A stretch of DNA of 63,897 bases, the filler included, from Aduncisulcus paluster (Eukaryota): NCBI GenBank assembly GCA_024181965.1. It is 13 parts of 13 records of this genome, joined end to end, with 100 filler letters (N's around TTAATTAATTAA, not from the genome) between each part and the next. Parts side by side here need not be neighbours in the genome. Positions count along the whole stretch, not along the records: positions 11,441 to 36,115 come from BQXS01000136.1; 12 more parts are not named here. One strand, written 5' to 3'. Positions 12,537-22,636 of the stretch are shown in pieces. The position numbers and the translations under genes were made by a program. Position 1 is the first letter of the stretch; every line of letters starts with the position of its first letter. Below the pieces are notes generated by a model. The model made no database searches. It saw nothing but the letters and a program-made list of their open reading frames with translations, and had not been told where the DNA came from.

Positions 12537-14833
12537 TTAATATATAACCTTATCTTCTTCCTTGAACACTCCCCATTCTTTAAGAACAGCTCTGGCGGCG
12601 TGAAGGGTACTCGCGTGTTCCTCAAGGTCAGCTATGACCTCTCCTTCTCTTCTCTCAGCTTCTTCGATCACTGAAGACTCCGTACTGGACTCGTCAATAA
12701 CCTCGGGAGCAACCTTAAGATGCTGAACCCGTTTCATATGGTTACTCTCGATGTCTCTATTCCTCTGTCTTCTTGCCCTGCGTTGGAAACGAAGAGTGCT
12801 CTTCTTCTCTTCCTCGAAGGCAATCGGTTGTTGTGCACAATTTGACTCATCAACGGTGATCTGTACACCTCTAGATACCAATATAGAGCCAACGAAGGAG
12901 AGGACAGTGTTCCCAAGGAATCCAAATACTCCGGTGTGTCTCAAATCACTGAGAACATACACCAGAATGAGCCCAATGCTACGACCAGTGTACATGGCGA
13001 TCTCTCCTAGACCCATAACAAACCCTCTGTGTCCTTCTTCACCGAATACACACCAAATGTCGGAGAATGAAGACGTTAACAATGAGTTAATAATAGTAAT
13101 TAGAATGAATATGAGTAACATTCCAAAGAAATCCACATCAAATTTGAACACATATGTTGGATCAACGTAAGGGAGTTCAAAATTAACGGCCTCAACAAAT
13201 ATGGTGCCAATAGCAAAGACAATGGTCAAAATAATAGAAAATATAAACATGAGTGAATGTGCTTCAATCTTATCTCTTACTTTTTTGTAAATAACAGGAG
13301 CCATGAAGGAAAGAAGTAACACGCATGTGGCGGCAATTATCAGACCTTTNNNNNNNNNNNNNNNNNNNNACACCAAATGTCGGAGAATGAAGACGTTAAC
13401 AATGAGTTAATAATAGTAATTAGAATGAATATGAGTAACATTCCAAAGAAATCCACATCAAATTTGAACACATATGTTGGATCAACGTAAGGGAGTTCAA
13501 AATTAACGGCCTCAACAAATATGGTGCCAATAGCAAAGACAATGGTCAAAATAATAGAAAATATAAACATGAGTGAATGTGCTTCAATCTTATCTCTTAC
13601 TTTTTTGTAAATAACAGGAGCCATGAAGGAAAGAAGTAACACGCATGTGGCGGCAATTATCAGACCTTTGTCTTGGAACATAACGAACACAGCACCTTGC
13701 ATGGATGTGGTGGCAGCAAAGATACATAAACGTGCGAAAAGAAGAGGTTTGAAGGCTGGGATGTTCAAAGAAGCCCACCTAAATTGATTAGAGAGTTTGT
13801 GCTTCTCAACTTCCAGCATTCTGCGTTCAGCTTCATTGGCTTTGACCTTCTTGACAATCTGTTGCATTCTCCAGAGATCTGTGGATGTGATTTTCTTGCG
13901 TTGAGTCGCTATACGTGAAGTATTGGCCTCAATATGATGAGAAACATCGCCTTCAATGAAACCTTCGACCATTTCTTTCCCAGAAAGGTGAGTCGAAGAG
14001 TCATCAAGAATGTCTGATTTGCTAATAGATACGCTTGAATCGGACTTAGCTTGATTCTGCTTGCTGTGGCACTCTTTGAATTGTGATTTCTTCATTTTGG
14101 TTGGTTTCAATTTCTTTTTCTGTTTATCCGATAATTTCTGGCATTCTTGATCCTTTTTGAAGAGTTCTTTGATCTCAAGGATGAACTCGGCAAGGGCGAC
14201 TCGAGGAAGCCGATCCCTGAACACAAAGAAAACTAAAACACTACATAGAACAAATAAATACTGGTTAATGAGAGAAAGAGTCTTCAAACCTTTTGTCGAT
14301 AAAGAAACCCCCACAATCATTCCAGTCAGAAGACCTACATTGGGACCAATGTTAAGAAGAGCAAATACTCCAGCTCTCTTGTTTGGAGGTGCTACATCTG
14401 CGACAGCAGCATAAACAGCACCTACATTCGAACAACAAAATCCTAACGTGGCTCTAACAACCAAAATATGCCAAGGTTCGGTCACAGCTAAGAAAAAAAG
14501 GCAAGTACAGAGAGCAGCACCACATCCAAAGAGAATAATGGGACGTCTTCCACATATATCTGATAATTTGCTGAAAGGAATTGTAAAAAGGGCAATTGGA
14601 AGGGTGTGAGCAGCCAAAACAATTCCAACGAAAGGTAATTCTCTTCCTTTTTCTTTTATGAAATCTCTACTATATGGAATGTATAAAGAATATGAGAACC
14701 AATTCGCGAATAACACAAGATTAAGGATAACAATATTACGGATAGCTATACGCTTCTGACCTTCAGCATCGAGAACAGGACTATCATCGGAGACTTTTGA
14801 TGCATCAGTTTTAATTATATCAACGGTTGGCAT
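12537..14833 (-). CDS. Major facilitator superfamily transporter (TetA/DHA1-like), one gene split by the gap artefact
   Basis: MFS motif A KLSDICGRRP, AAVADVAPPNKRAG; two hydrophobic bundles separated by a long charged loop. Confidence 0.88.
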
Positions 14834-14988
14834 ATTTGATTAAGTAAAATATAATATAGTATCAAAATCTGCTCGAGAAAACCGATATTTTCTCGTTCTT
14901 CGAGTTCTGGAAGTAAACTCCCAAATATGCATTCAAAATTTGTTTTATTATCCTTATTAATCGCCCATTATTATTTTGAATTTAGGAA

Positions 14989-15133
14989 TTATACTCTAAT
15001 TCGCATTGATAAAAAAACTCATTCAAGAAAGAGAATAAAGCATCATATTTCGATGTTTGGGGTCTAATATTTCAGTTAACAGCAATCAGTAACAGTGCAT
15101 TTGGTGGTAATTACTTTCAATAAAATTGTATAT
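14989..15133 (+). repeat. Dispersed AT-rich repeat family, short copy
   Basis: TTATACTC...TAATATTTCAGTTAAC...GCATTTGGTGGTAA.....TTTCAATAAAATTGTATAT shared with 25741-26230 (-) and 50760-51281 (+). Confidence 0.8.
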
Positions 15134-15199
15134 TGCCAGAAAATGTAGATCTACAAAAATAAAAGGATGAATTTATAAAAAAAATGGTGATTAGAAAAT

Positions 15200-15528
15200 T
15201 TATTTTGTTGCCTTTTTAAGGTCTTCAAATGATAACCGTGAAGTTGCTGCTATATCCAGTAAAACTTCGATCTGAAACTGTAGCCTTATAAGTTCCTGTT
15301 TTAGCCTTCTATTTTCCTGTTCTGCTTTTTCTGTTCTCTCTTTGTATATTTCAACACTATCTTTATCTTCTAAATAACAAGAAATTGTTGAGTTAAGGAA
15401 AACAAAACAATTATGATAAAAAAAACAATTCTTTTTTAAAAACACATACTTCGCTGCCATTCGCCTCCAACATACATAAGAGTAGTCTTCCCAAGCGTCA
15501 TAACGATTGGCTGGTCATAACCTGACAT
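15200..15528 (-). CDS. CBY: Chibby-family protein (82 aa); exons 15528-15450 and 15369-15200, 80-nt intron
   Basis: GTATGT donor at 15449, CCTTAAC branch-like site, TAG acceptor at 15370; spliced product has MTLGKTTLMYVGGEW and LKQELIRLQFQIEVLLDI, resembling Chibby MNLAGQSLKFENGQW and LEEENNLLRLKVDILLDM. Confidence 0.72.
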
Positions 15529-15696
15529 GTTATTTTATCAAATACTATCAATAATGTTTTTCGGCTGGAAAATTGTCGAATACCACGAGAATAATAAATT
15601 ATTAAAACTTTTTGGATACTAAAATGAATAATTTAGCATTAAAATTGAATTTTTGTTGCTTATTTTCTTCGGGTCATGTTTTTTAATATTTTGATA

Positions 15697-16848
15697 ATGG
15701 AAGGAAGAAGAACACCCAAGGCGATGAGTGGAGTGGCTCACGGGAAAACCCCGGCAAACAGAGCCACCCCTCAGTCATCCTACTTCCAATCCCCAACCCT
15801 CCAGCGCCTTTCCTTGCTGCAAGGCAGATGTGCAGCAAGGGAAGGTCGCCCTGGAGAAGAAGGGGGGGATGGGAGCAAAATTTCCCAGGCCATTTCGGCC
15901 GTGGGATCTGTTACCAAGGATGACATGGAAAAAATTAGTGAGCGTCTTATTTCTGCTACAAAACAAGTTAAAGATCAGAAAAGGGTTATAGAATCCCAAC
16001 AAACAAAGATTGATGAGTTAACTGAAGCTGTATCACAACTCCAAGTTGCCATGAGAAGTGAAGATGCTACAAGGAAATCTTTGAATACTACATTTGCTAG
16101 AAACTTTGCCATGAAGGTTGAATCTCGTTTCTTGAAGCTTGAAAGTGCCATTAATGCTCAATCTCGGACTCTTGCCCAAGCTGAGAGTGATCGTGTCAGG
16201 ATGCTTCATGAAATAGACAAACGTCTCTCAGATTTTGCTGATCGTCTCGATAGCATTAAAGTTGCTACTGAGGGTGTTATTTCTCAACATTCTGCCTTGA
16301 ACTCTTTGTGTTCTGAGAGATTTGGGGATCTTGATGCTCTTGTTAAAGAAACCCACGATACATCCCGTGAAGAGAGTTTATGGGCCCAACTTAAGAAAGC
16401 TCTTGCCGAACAAAGGAAACAACTTGAGGAAGAACAGACTGAGCGTGCCAAACTTGATGCCGAAAGGCAGAAACAAATTGAAGAAGGTCTTACTTTCATT
16501 CGTGAAGGAAAAGACACTTGGATGCGATATTTCGACTATAAACTCCTTCCATTCAAAATGGCAAGGGAAGATGCGGAGACAAAACTCACAAACAAGATCG
16601 ATGAGATCGGTGAGGAGGTCAAGAAAGCTCTGACTTTGTCTGAGGATGCACAATCCAGCATTTCCGCTGAACGAAGAGAGAGAGTTGATGTTATTGCCAG
16701 TATTGAGAGGATGATGTCGCAGGAGAAAGGAGAGAGAGAGGCAGCTGAAGAACAGATCAGTGGTGTGTTGGAACATGTATTAAGCAGTTTGGATGGTCAG
16801 GAGGAGAAGTTCAAATTTCATCAACGCAAACAAAGAGATTATGAGTAA
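15697..16848 (+). CDS. Coiled-coil cytoskeletal protein, SF-assemblin/beta-giardin-like
   Basis: Short Pro/Ser-rich head (SPTLQRL) then continuous coiled coil; C-terminal E..ERE.AEEQI..VLEH pattern resembles striated-fibre assemblins. Confidence 0.5.
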   Translation: MEGRRTPKAMSGVAHGKTPANRATPQSSYFQSPTLQRLSLLQGRCAAREGRPGEEGGDGSKISQAISAVGSVTKDDMEKISERLISATKQVKDQKRVIESQQTKIDELTEAVSQLQVAMRSEDATRKSLNTTFARNFAMKVESRFLKLESAINAQSRTLAQAESDRVRMLHEIDKRLSDFADRLDSIKVATEGVISQHSALNSLCSERFGDLDALVKETHDTSREESLWAQLKKALAEQRKQLEEEQTERAKLDAERQKQIEEGLTFIREGKDTWMRYFDYKLLPFKMAREDAETKLTNKIDEIGEEVKKALTLSEDAQSSISAERRERVDVIASIERMMSQEKGEREAAEEQISGVLEHVLSSLDGQEEKFKFHQRKQRDYE

Positions 16849-17413
16849 TCCTGCATGTATACTACTAGTATAATTATTAATTATAATAAATTATTATTCA
16901 TACTAAGAATTTCTTTATAAATAACATTTATTCAAATTCAAAGATTAATATATCTATTATTACTAATTGCATGCTATCCTTGTGAGTCCACCTCTGAGCT
17001 TTATTTTTCTCCGAGAATTGGAGTCCAACTTGGACTGTCCGCTTGAAGCGAAGTTGGAGCTGTTGAACACAAAGGTGTAGGTGACGTAAGAAGAAGGCTC
17101 ATAACCTCAAGAAAGGGTGTGGAAAGTAGCATGAGCAGCTGATACAAATCGTTTTCTACAAGGAAATTCCTAGATCTAACAAAACTTTTGTTGCTTGAAG
17201 CAAAATTTGCAATTTGCAATTGAAGTTTGCTTGTAAATCTGTAATGGAATGTGAGATATATATATATGTTAATAAAATTTCTAGTATCATAATAAATCAA
17301 ATATTTTTCCTTCTTGGATATATAATTGATTTGATAGATTTTCGAAATCGTTTTGACGCTCTGGTGTAATTTTGTAACATACATCTGAGTTCAACTTAAT
17401 ATTTACAATCGCC

Positions 17414-18409
17414 ATGGGAAAAGATTATTATAAAATTCTTGGAATTCCAAGAGATGCAACAGATCAACAGATAAAGAGAGCTTATTATAAATTGGCTCAA
17501 AAATGGCATCCTGACAAAAATCCAAGCAATAAGGAAGTGGCCGAAACAAAATTTAAAGAAATTGGAGAGGCATATTGTGTTCTTAAGGATAAAGAGAAGA
17601 AGAGGCTATATGATCAGTTCGGCGAAGAAGGATTGAAAGGTACTCCATCATCTGGGCCTTCTACCTCACAAGATGGCTTCACCCGCACAACATTTTCATC
17701 TTTTGGAACACCATTTACTTTTACAACATCCGATGCATTTGACATTTTCTCTGATTTCTTCGGTCACAGCGACCCATCAGATTTCTTCACTTCTGCCCAG
17801 ATGGGAGGTATGGAAAGTGCTTTTGGTGGCAGTGGATTCAGGGCTCGTGCCACCAGACCCCATCAACCACCACCTATTGTTCGTGATTTAACATGTTCCC
17901 TCGAAGAATTGTTTTCCGGAGCCACCAAACACATAAAAATAACCAAAAAAGTTTTAATTGATGATTCCCATACTCAACAACAAGCCAAAACTCTTGATGT
18001 CCCAATTAAAGCCGGGTGGAAAGAAGGTACCAAGCTTACTTATCACAAAGAGGGGGATCAAGGACCTGGAATCATTCCTGCTGACATTGTATTTGTTATT
18101 AAGCAACGTCCTCATGCTAGATTTGAAAGAATTGGTAATGATCTCGTTACTCGTCTCAAAATTAGATTGCTGGATTCTCTCACTGGATTTACTGGAACTG
18201 TAAAAACACTAGATGGCAGAATTCTTCATATCGCCATTAACACTGTTGTAAATCCTAAATTTGAGAAAAGAATTGTCGGTGAAGGAATGCCAATCTCTAA
18301 AATGCCAGGAAGTCGAGGTGATTTGATTATTCGCTTTGATATTGTATTTCCACAACATTTAACGGAAGAACAAAAAGTTCTTTTGCGTCGAGCATTTAGA
18401 AGTGAATAA
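17414..18409 (+). CDS. Class B DnaJ/Hsp40 (DNAJB4/5/13-like)
   Basis: J domain with HPD, G/F-rich linker, C-terminal domain ([27 protein letters not shown]); no zinc finger. Confidence 0.95.
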   Translation: MGKDYYKILGIPRDATDQQIKRAYYKLAQKWHPDKNPSNKEVAETKFKEIGEAYCVLKDKEKKRLYDQFGEEGLKGTPSSGPSTSQDGFTRTTFSSFGTPFTFTTSDAFDIFSDFFGHSDPSDFFTSAQMGGMESAFGGSGFRARATRPHQPPPIVRDLTCSLEELFSGATKHIKITKKVLIDDSHTQQQAKTLDVPIKAGWKEGTKLTYHKEGDQGPGIIPADIVFVIKQRPHARFERIGNDLVTRLKIRLLDSLTGFTGTVKTLDGRILHIAINTVVNPKFEKRIVGEGMPISKMPGSRGDLIIRFDIVFPQHLTEEQKVLLRRAFRSE

Positions 18410-18658
18410 ATATTATCTGAAAGTAATAGTTGATCTTGTGACAATAACCGGTCTTTCTCCTCTAATATCTTCAAGAAAAAATACTCTATATGTATTTTTA
18501 AAACCGTTTACAAAATTAAGAGCATTTCTAATAAAAAATTATTCTTGCTGAGGTCTGTCAGATGGGAAATCATTTTTCCTGCTTCCAAGTCATTTTTAAA
18601 ATTTATTTTGTGTTCCGTTAATACACTTTCATTTATAATAGCTTTTTTTATTTAAAAT

Positions 18659-19342
18659 ATGTCATATTCAGACAGTGAAGAAGATGATACTGTGAAGCAA
18701 TTCAGAGTTGTTGTTCTTGGAGATGGATCCACTGGGAAAACATCTTTATGTTCAAGATTTGCATATGAAACATTTTCTCAATCATATAAGCAAACCATTG
18801 GCGCAGAATTTTTTTCAAAGAGTATCAAAATTACCGATGGTCAAGAAGTTCTGTTACAAGTTTGGGATATTGGAGGTCAGAGTATTGGTCATCACATGAT
18901 TAATGAGTATATCAAGAATGCACAGGCTGTCATTTTACTCTATGATATTACAAGATTCCCTTCTTTCAGAAATTTGCAAGAGTGGTACCGGAAAGTTTGT
19001 TCAGCTGCTGCATCAAGCGCCTCTGGCGATGATAAGTTCCCATATATCGCATTAGTTGGAAATAAGAGTGACCTTGCCGCAAAGAGAGCTGTTAAACTGG
19101 CCAGACACGAATCATTTGCCCGTGACAATGGTATGGCGTCCTTTTATGTCAGTGCAAGGAGTGGCGATCAAGTGGATGTGTTGTTTGAGACGATAGCTGC
19201 AGCATTAACTGGCGTTAAACTCTCTCCAGGTCAGATTGAAGGAGACGGAGTAATTCCTGCTCTCGTTCCTGCCGATGAGAAAGAAAGACGAGGAAAAGAC
19301 ATAAAAACACAGAGTAACCCCGATACTTGTGATATAGTATAG
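18659..19342 (+). CDS. RAB28: Rab28 small GTPase
   Basis: GDGSTGKT, YKQTIG, Rab28-diagnostic WDIGGQ, GNKSD, SAR, CAAX-type end CDIV. Confidence 0.9.
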   Translation: MSYSDSEEDDTVKQFRVVVLGDGSTGKTSLCSRFAYETFSQSYKQTIGAEFFSKSIKITDGQEVLLQVWDIGGQSIGHHMINEYIKNAQAVILLYDITRFPSFRNLQEWYRKVCSAAASSASGDDKFPYIALVGNKSDLAAKRAVKLARHESFARDNGMASFYVSARSGDQVDVLFETIAAALTGVKLSPGQIEGDGVIPALVPADEKERRGKDIKTQSNPDTCDIV

Positions 19343-19409
19343 GAAAAAAAGTATGTACAATGATTCATTTAGGATGTTAATAAAAGAACTCATAGAAATG
19401 GCGTTGACA

Positions 19410-19504
19410 TGTTAACCATAATATGGGTGGTAAGCAAATTTATTAAGGAGTCTCCTTTTGGAGAATTAGAGCCGGTACATTCCGGTAACAACCGGTATAC
19501 ATCA
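19410..19504 (-). mobile_element. Isolated (solo-like) mini-LTR, 95 bp
   Basis: Minus strand TGATGTA...AATAAATTTGCT...GGTTAACA; close match to the LTR at 61490-61572. Confidence 0.72.
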
Positions 19505-19729
19505 TCTGTACTATGTAATGTAATTTTATAATAAAATTTATAAAAATATATTTATTTCTATCATATAATATGATTCATATTAAACATTTGAATTTCCAAA
19601 CCTACAGTGTAGATCTAGAGCGATCATCGCTGCAAATGATTTGCATGAAAAATGCCACTCGCTATTAATAAAATACTATTCTGATATGACATATCATGGT
19701 CAAATGTTCCATATTAATTACTACGTCTC

Positions 19730-21624
19730 TTACCAACTCATTGTGAAGAAGAATTGTCCATCAATGAACTCAAATTTCATTTCAGCACCTTTAAGCTTTC
19801 CATATGATCCCTCAAGCTTGATGTTCTCACACATATCCATCAAAATAGCTTCCAAGAAGAACAAATTCACCTCATCAAATTTGAGAATAACAGCAACCTC
19901 TTCTGCGGACTTCTTCTCGAAGGAAACCTTGCCCTCAGCCATCGCAGCCTCTGTTTCAAGGCTAAGTTTATCCATGGCCTTGGCAGAGAGCTTTCCATCC
20001 TGTACTCCTGGTTGGTCGTAAGCGTTAAGCCTCTTCATGACCGCAAGGAATGATACAACACGCTCTTGGAGGGCAACAAGCATACCGATGGAGAATAGAG
20101 ATGGGGAGAGAAGAGAGATATCAAAGAAGGGGACCTTGTTCTTTACAAGAGCATCCTCAGTTCCTTTCACGAAAGAGAGCAACTGCCTTCCCATGGAACC
20201 AGAAGAGGTGATTGGGAAATCTGTTTCCCTCCTTCTGAAGGAGATGAGTTGGATGAAGCAGTCATGGATACCCTGTTGAACTTGTTGCATGAAAGCATGT
20301 TGTTCGGAGGTTCCAACGCCACCGAAGACACTCTGGCCCTCAGGATGGACACGTCCTGCAGTATCATGCTTCTTTCCAAGGCTTTCCATCCATAACTGTT
20401 GCAAATAATGAGCAAACTCACGGAGGGCATCACAATAAGCCAACACAATCATATTTTTGTGACCAACAGTGATTGTTGAATGATGAATAGCAACAGCCAT
20501 GAGAAGAGCAGGATTGGAAAGGGCATCCTCACGTCTTGTGAGAGAATCCATATGACTTTGACCCTTAACAAAGGCAGAGAAATCAAGTCCGGCAAAAGCA
20601 CAAGGGACCATTCCAACGGGACTTCCAACACTGGTTCTTCCTCCAGTTTCATTGTGCATGTTGAAGACACCAATAAATTTGTGTTCAGCGGCGTATTTAT
20701 CGAGCATGGAGAGTTTTGTAGTAATAGCAATGTTGTGCTCACCCTTGGGGAGGGAATTTTTCTCAAGGATAGAGTTGAAGGCTTCCATGTTTCCTCTTGT
20801 CTCAGCGGTGGATCCACTCTTTGAGATTGTGACCATTATGGAAGTGGGGAGATTCACTCGACCAAGGATCTTAGAGAAAGATTCAGGATCACTGTTACTG
20901 ATAAAATGTAACTTAGGCTGACAAACAGAACAAAACTGATCGGTGTAAGCCGAAATAATAAGCATAAGAGGACCGAGGTAAGAGCCACCAATTCCATTAA
21001 AGATAATGTCAGAGTATTTTTCTCCGCAAGCGGGCTTAAGTTCTCCGGCACGGATGGAATCACACAGTTTTTTAACATCTTCCCATTGCTTGAGGGTCTC
21101 AGCAAGGGATTTTCCAACCACTGGGCTTTCGCTCATTCTCAAGTTATAGTGATCAACAGCACGTTTTTCAGTGTGGTTGACAATATCTCCTTTCTCAATA
21201 CGTTTAAGGGTCTTGAAAATCTCACGAATTTCAGTGATGTAGGTTGGAACAACATCATCAAATGATGAGACAGTTGAAAAATGAGTAAAATCAATCTTGA
21301 TTCCACTTTCATGGTCGTAAAACACAAATGGGGAAGACATTTTTTCGATTNNNNNNNNNNNNNNNNNNNNTGCTTGAGGGTCTCAGCAAGGGATTTTCCA
21401 ACCACTGGGCTTTCGCTCATTCTCAAGTTATAGTGATCAACAGCACGTTTTTCAGTGTGGTTGACAATATCTCCTTTCTCAATACGTTTAAGGGTCTTGA
21501 AAATCTCACGAATTTCAGTGATGTAGGTTGGAACAACATCATCAAATGATGAGACAGTTGAAAAATGAGTAAAATCAATCTTGATTCCACTTTCATGGTC
21601 GTAAAACACAAATGGGGAAGACAT
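19730..21624 (-). CDS. GPI: Glucose-6-phosphate isomerase (5' ~260 nt duplicated by the gap artefact; ~536 aa)
   Basis: GIGGSYLGP, ISKSGSTAET, GGRTS, QQLWMESLGK, GTSEQHAF, NAYDQPGV. Confidence 0.95.
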
Positions 21625-22038
21625 TTTTTCGATTTGGAAATCAATACGGTCCAAAATCCGAGTGTTGAAATTGATGGCTTCAACTGAAGACTTCAAGTCT
21701 GTCAAGTTGACATCGAGTGGAGACCTGAATGGGGCACCTGCTTCCTTTTTGTACAACAACGTTGAATAAAGTATAACAAAATGTAATAAATTAACTGAAG
21801 CCCAAGCCTTGGAATTACGAAATTAATTCGTACAAGTAAGCTGGCTTAATGTTATTTTCGTGAATTATAAATATCATTATTATTATTGAACATATGGGTG
21901 AACCTTGAGTAGTCTATACATTATATCTTATGTGTGTTATATAAAAATTTGGCGAAAGTCGATTCTTTTCTCGACATTAGAGGATAATATTAAAAAATTT
22001 GAAAAAGATATTTTTGAAACTTTGATTTTATATTTGTT

Positions 22039-22392
22039 ATGCATCCTATATCATCTCATTCTACCTATGGTAGTTCTTCTATACCTTATGCGTCATCCGG
22101 AACTTTCTCAGGCCATATAGATCAGCGTTCTGGGTCTTATCCTTCTTATCCTGGTCAACATTCTCCTCAACAACAATATATTGCTGGATATGGACACCTT
22201 CAACAACCTCAACCTACAATACCATCTCATATGTACCGTAAATCCCCTGTCCCTCCCGGATCACAATCAACTCAGCATGAATATCATAAACCTCAACCTT
22301 CTCCTGATGAGAAGTCTGTAACTTTGACGATAAAAATGACTCCAGATGAATATAGATTATTGGAACAAAGAAGGAAAGAATATCATAAATAA
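22039..22392 (+). CDS. Small P/Q/Y/S-rich hypothetical protein
   Basis: ATG-started ORF with coding-like composition between AT-rich spacers. Confidence 0.55.
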   Translation: MHPISSHSTYGSSSIPYASSGTFSGHIDQRSGSYPSYPGQHSPQQQYIAGYGHLQQPQPTIPSHMYRKSPVPPGSQSTQHEYHKPQPSPDEKSVTLTIKMTPDEYRLLEQRRKEYHK

Positions 22393-22636
22393 TTATCCAT
22401 TTCTTTTATTTGTAGCTCAAAGTACCTAAAAAGTAAAACGTTTGATTAGAAAACACGGTGTTTTAAACACCATGTTCTTCTAGCTCTTATTATTAATTTT
22501 ATTAAACTCATTTTATTCGAATCAACATATATCATTCGAATAAATCACTTTACAATACCATAAAAAAGTGATTTCGGCTTGGACAGCTGTTTTGATATAT
22601 TGGTTCTATCTTCGCTGCCTTGGCAAAAGAGTTTTG

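Noticed and set aside
16963-17155. Selenoprotein-like S-TGA-GYEP reading on the minus strand
   Set aside because: No CxxU motif, no start exon and no SECIS recognised
21735-21765. Resemblance to Gateway attB1 (TTGTACAAAAA..AAGCAGG) upstream of GPI
   Set aside because: Imperfect match with indels and no other vector sequence; likely chance
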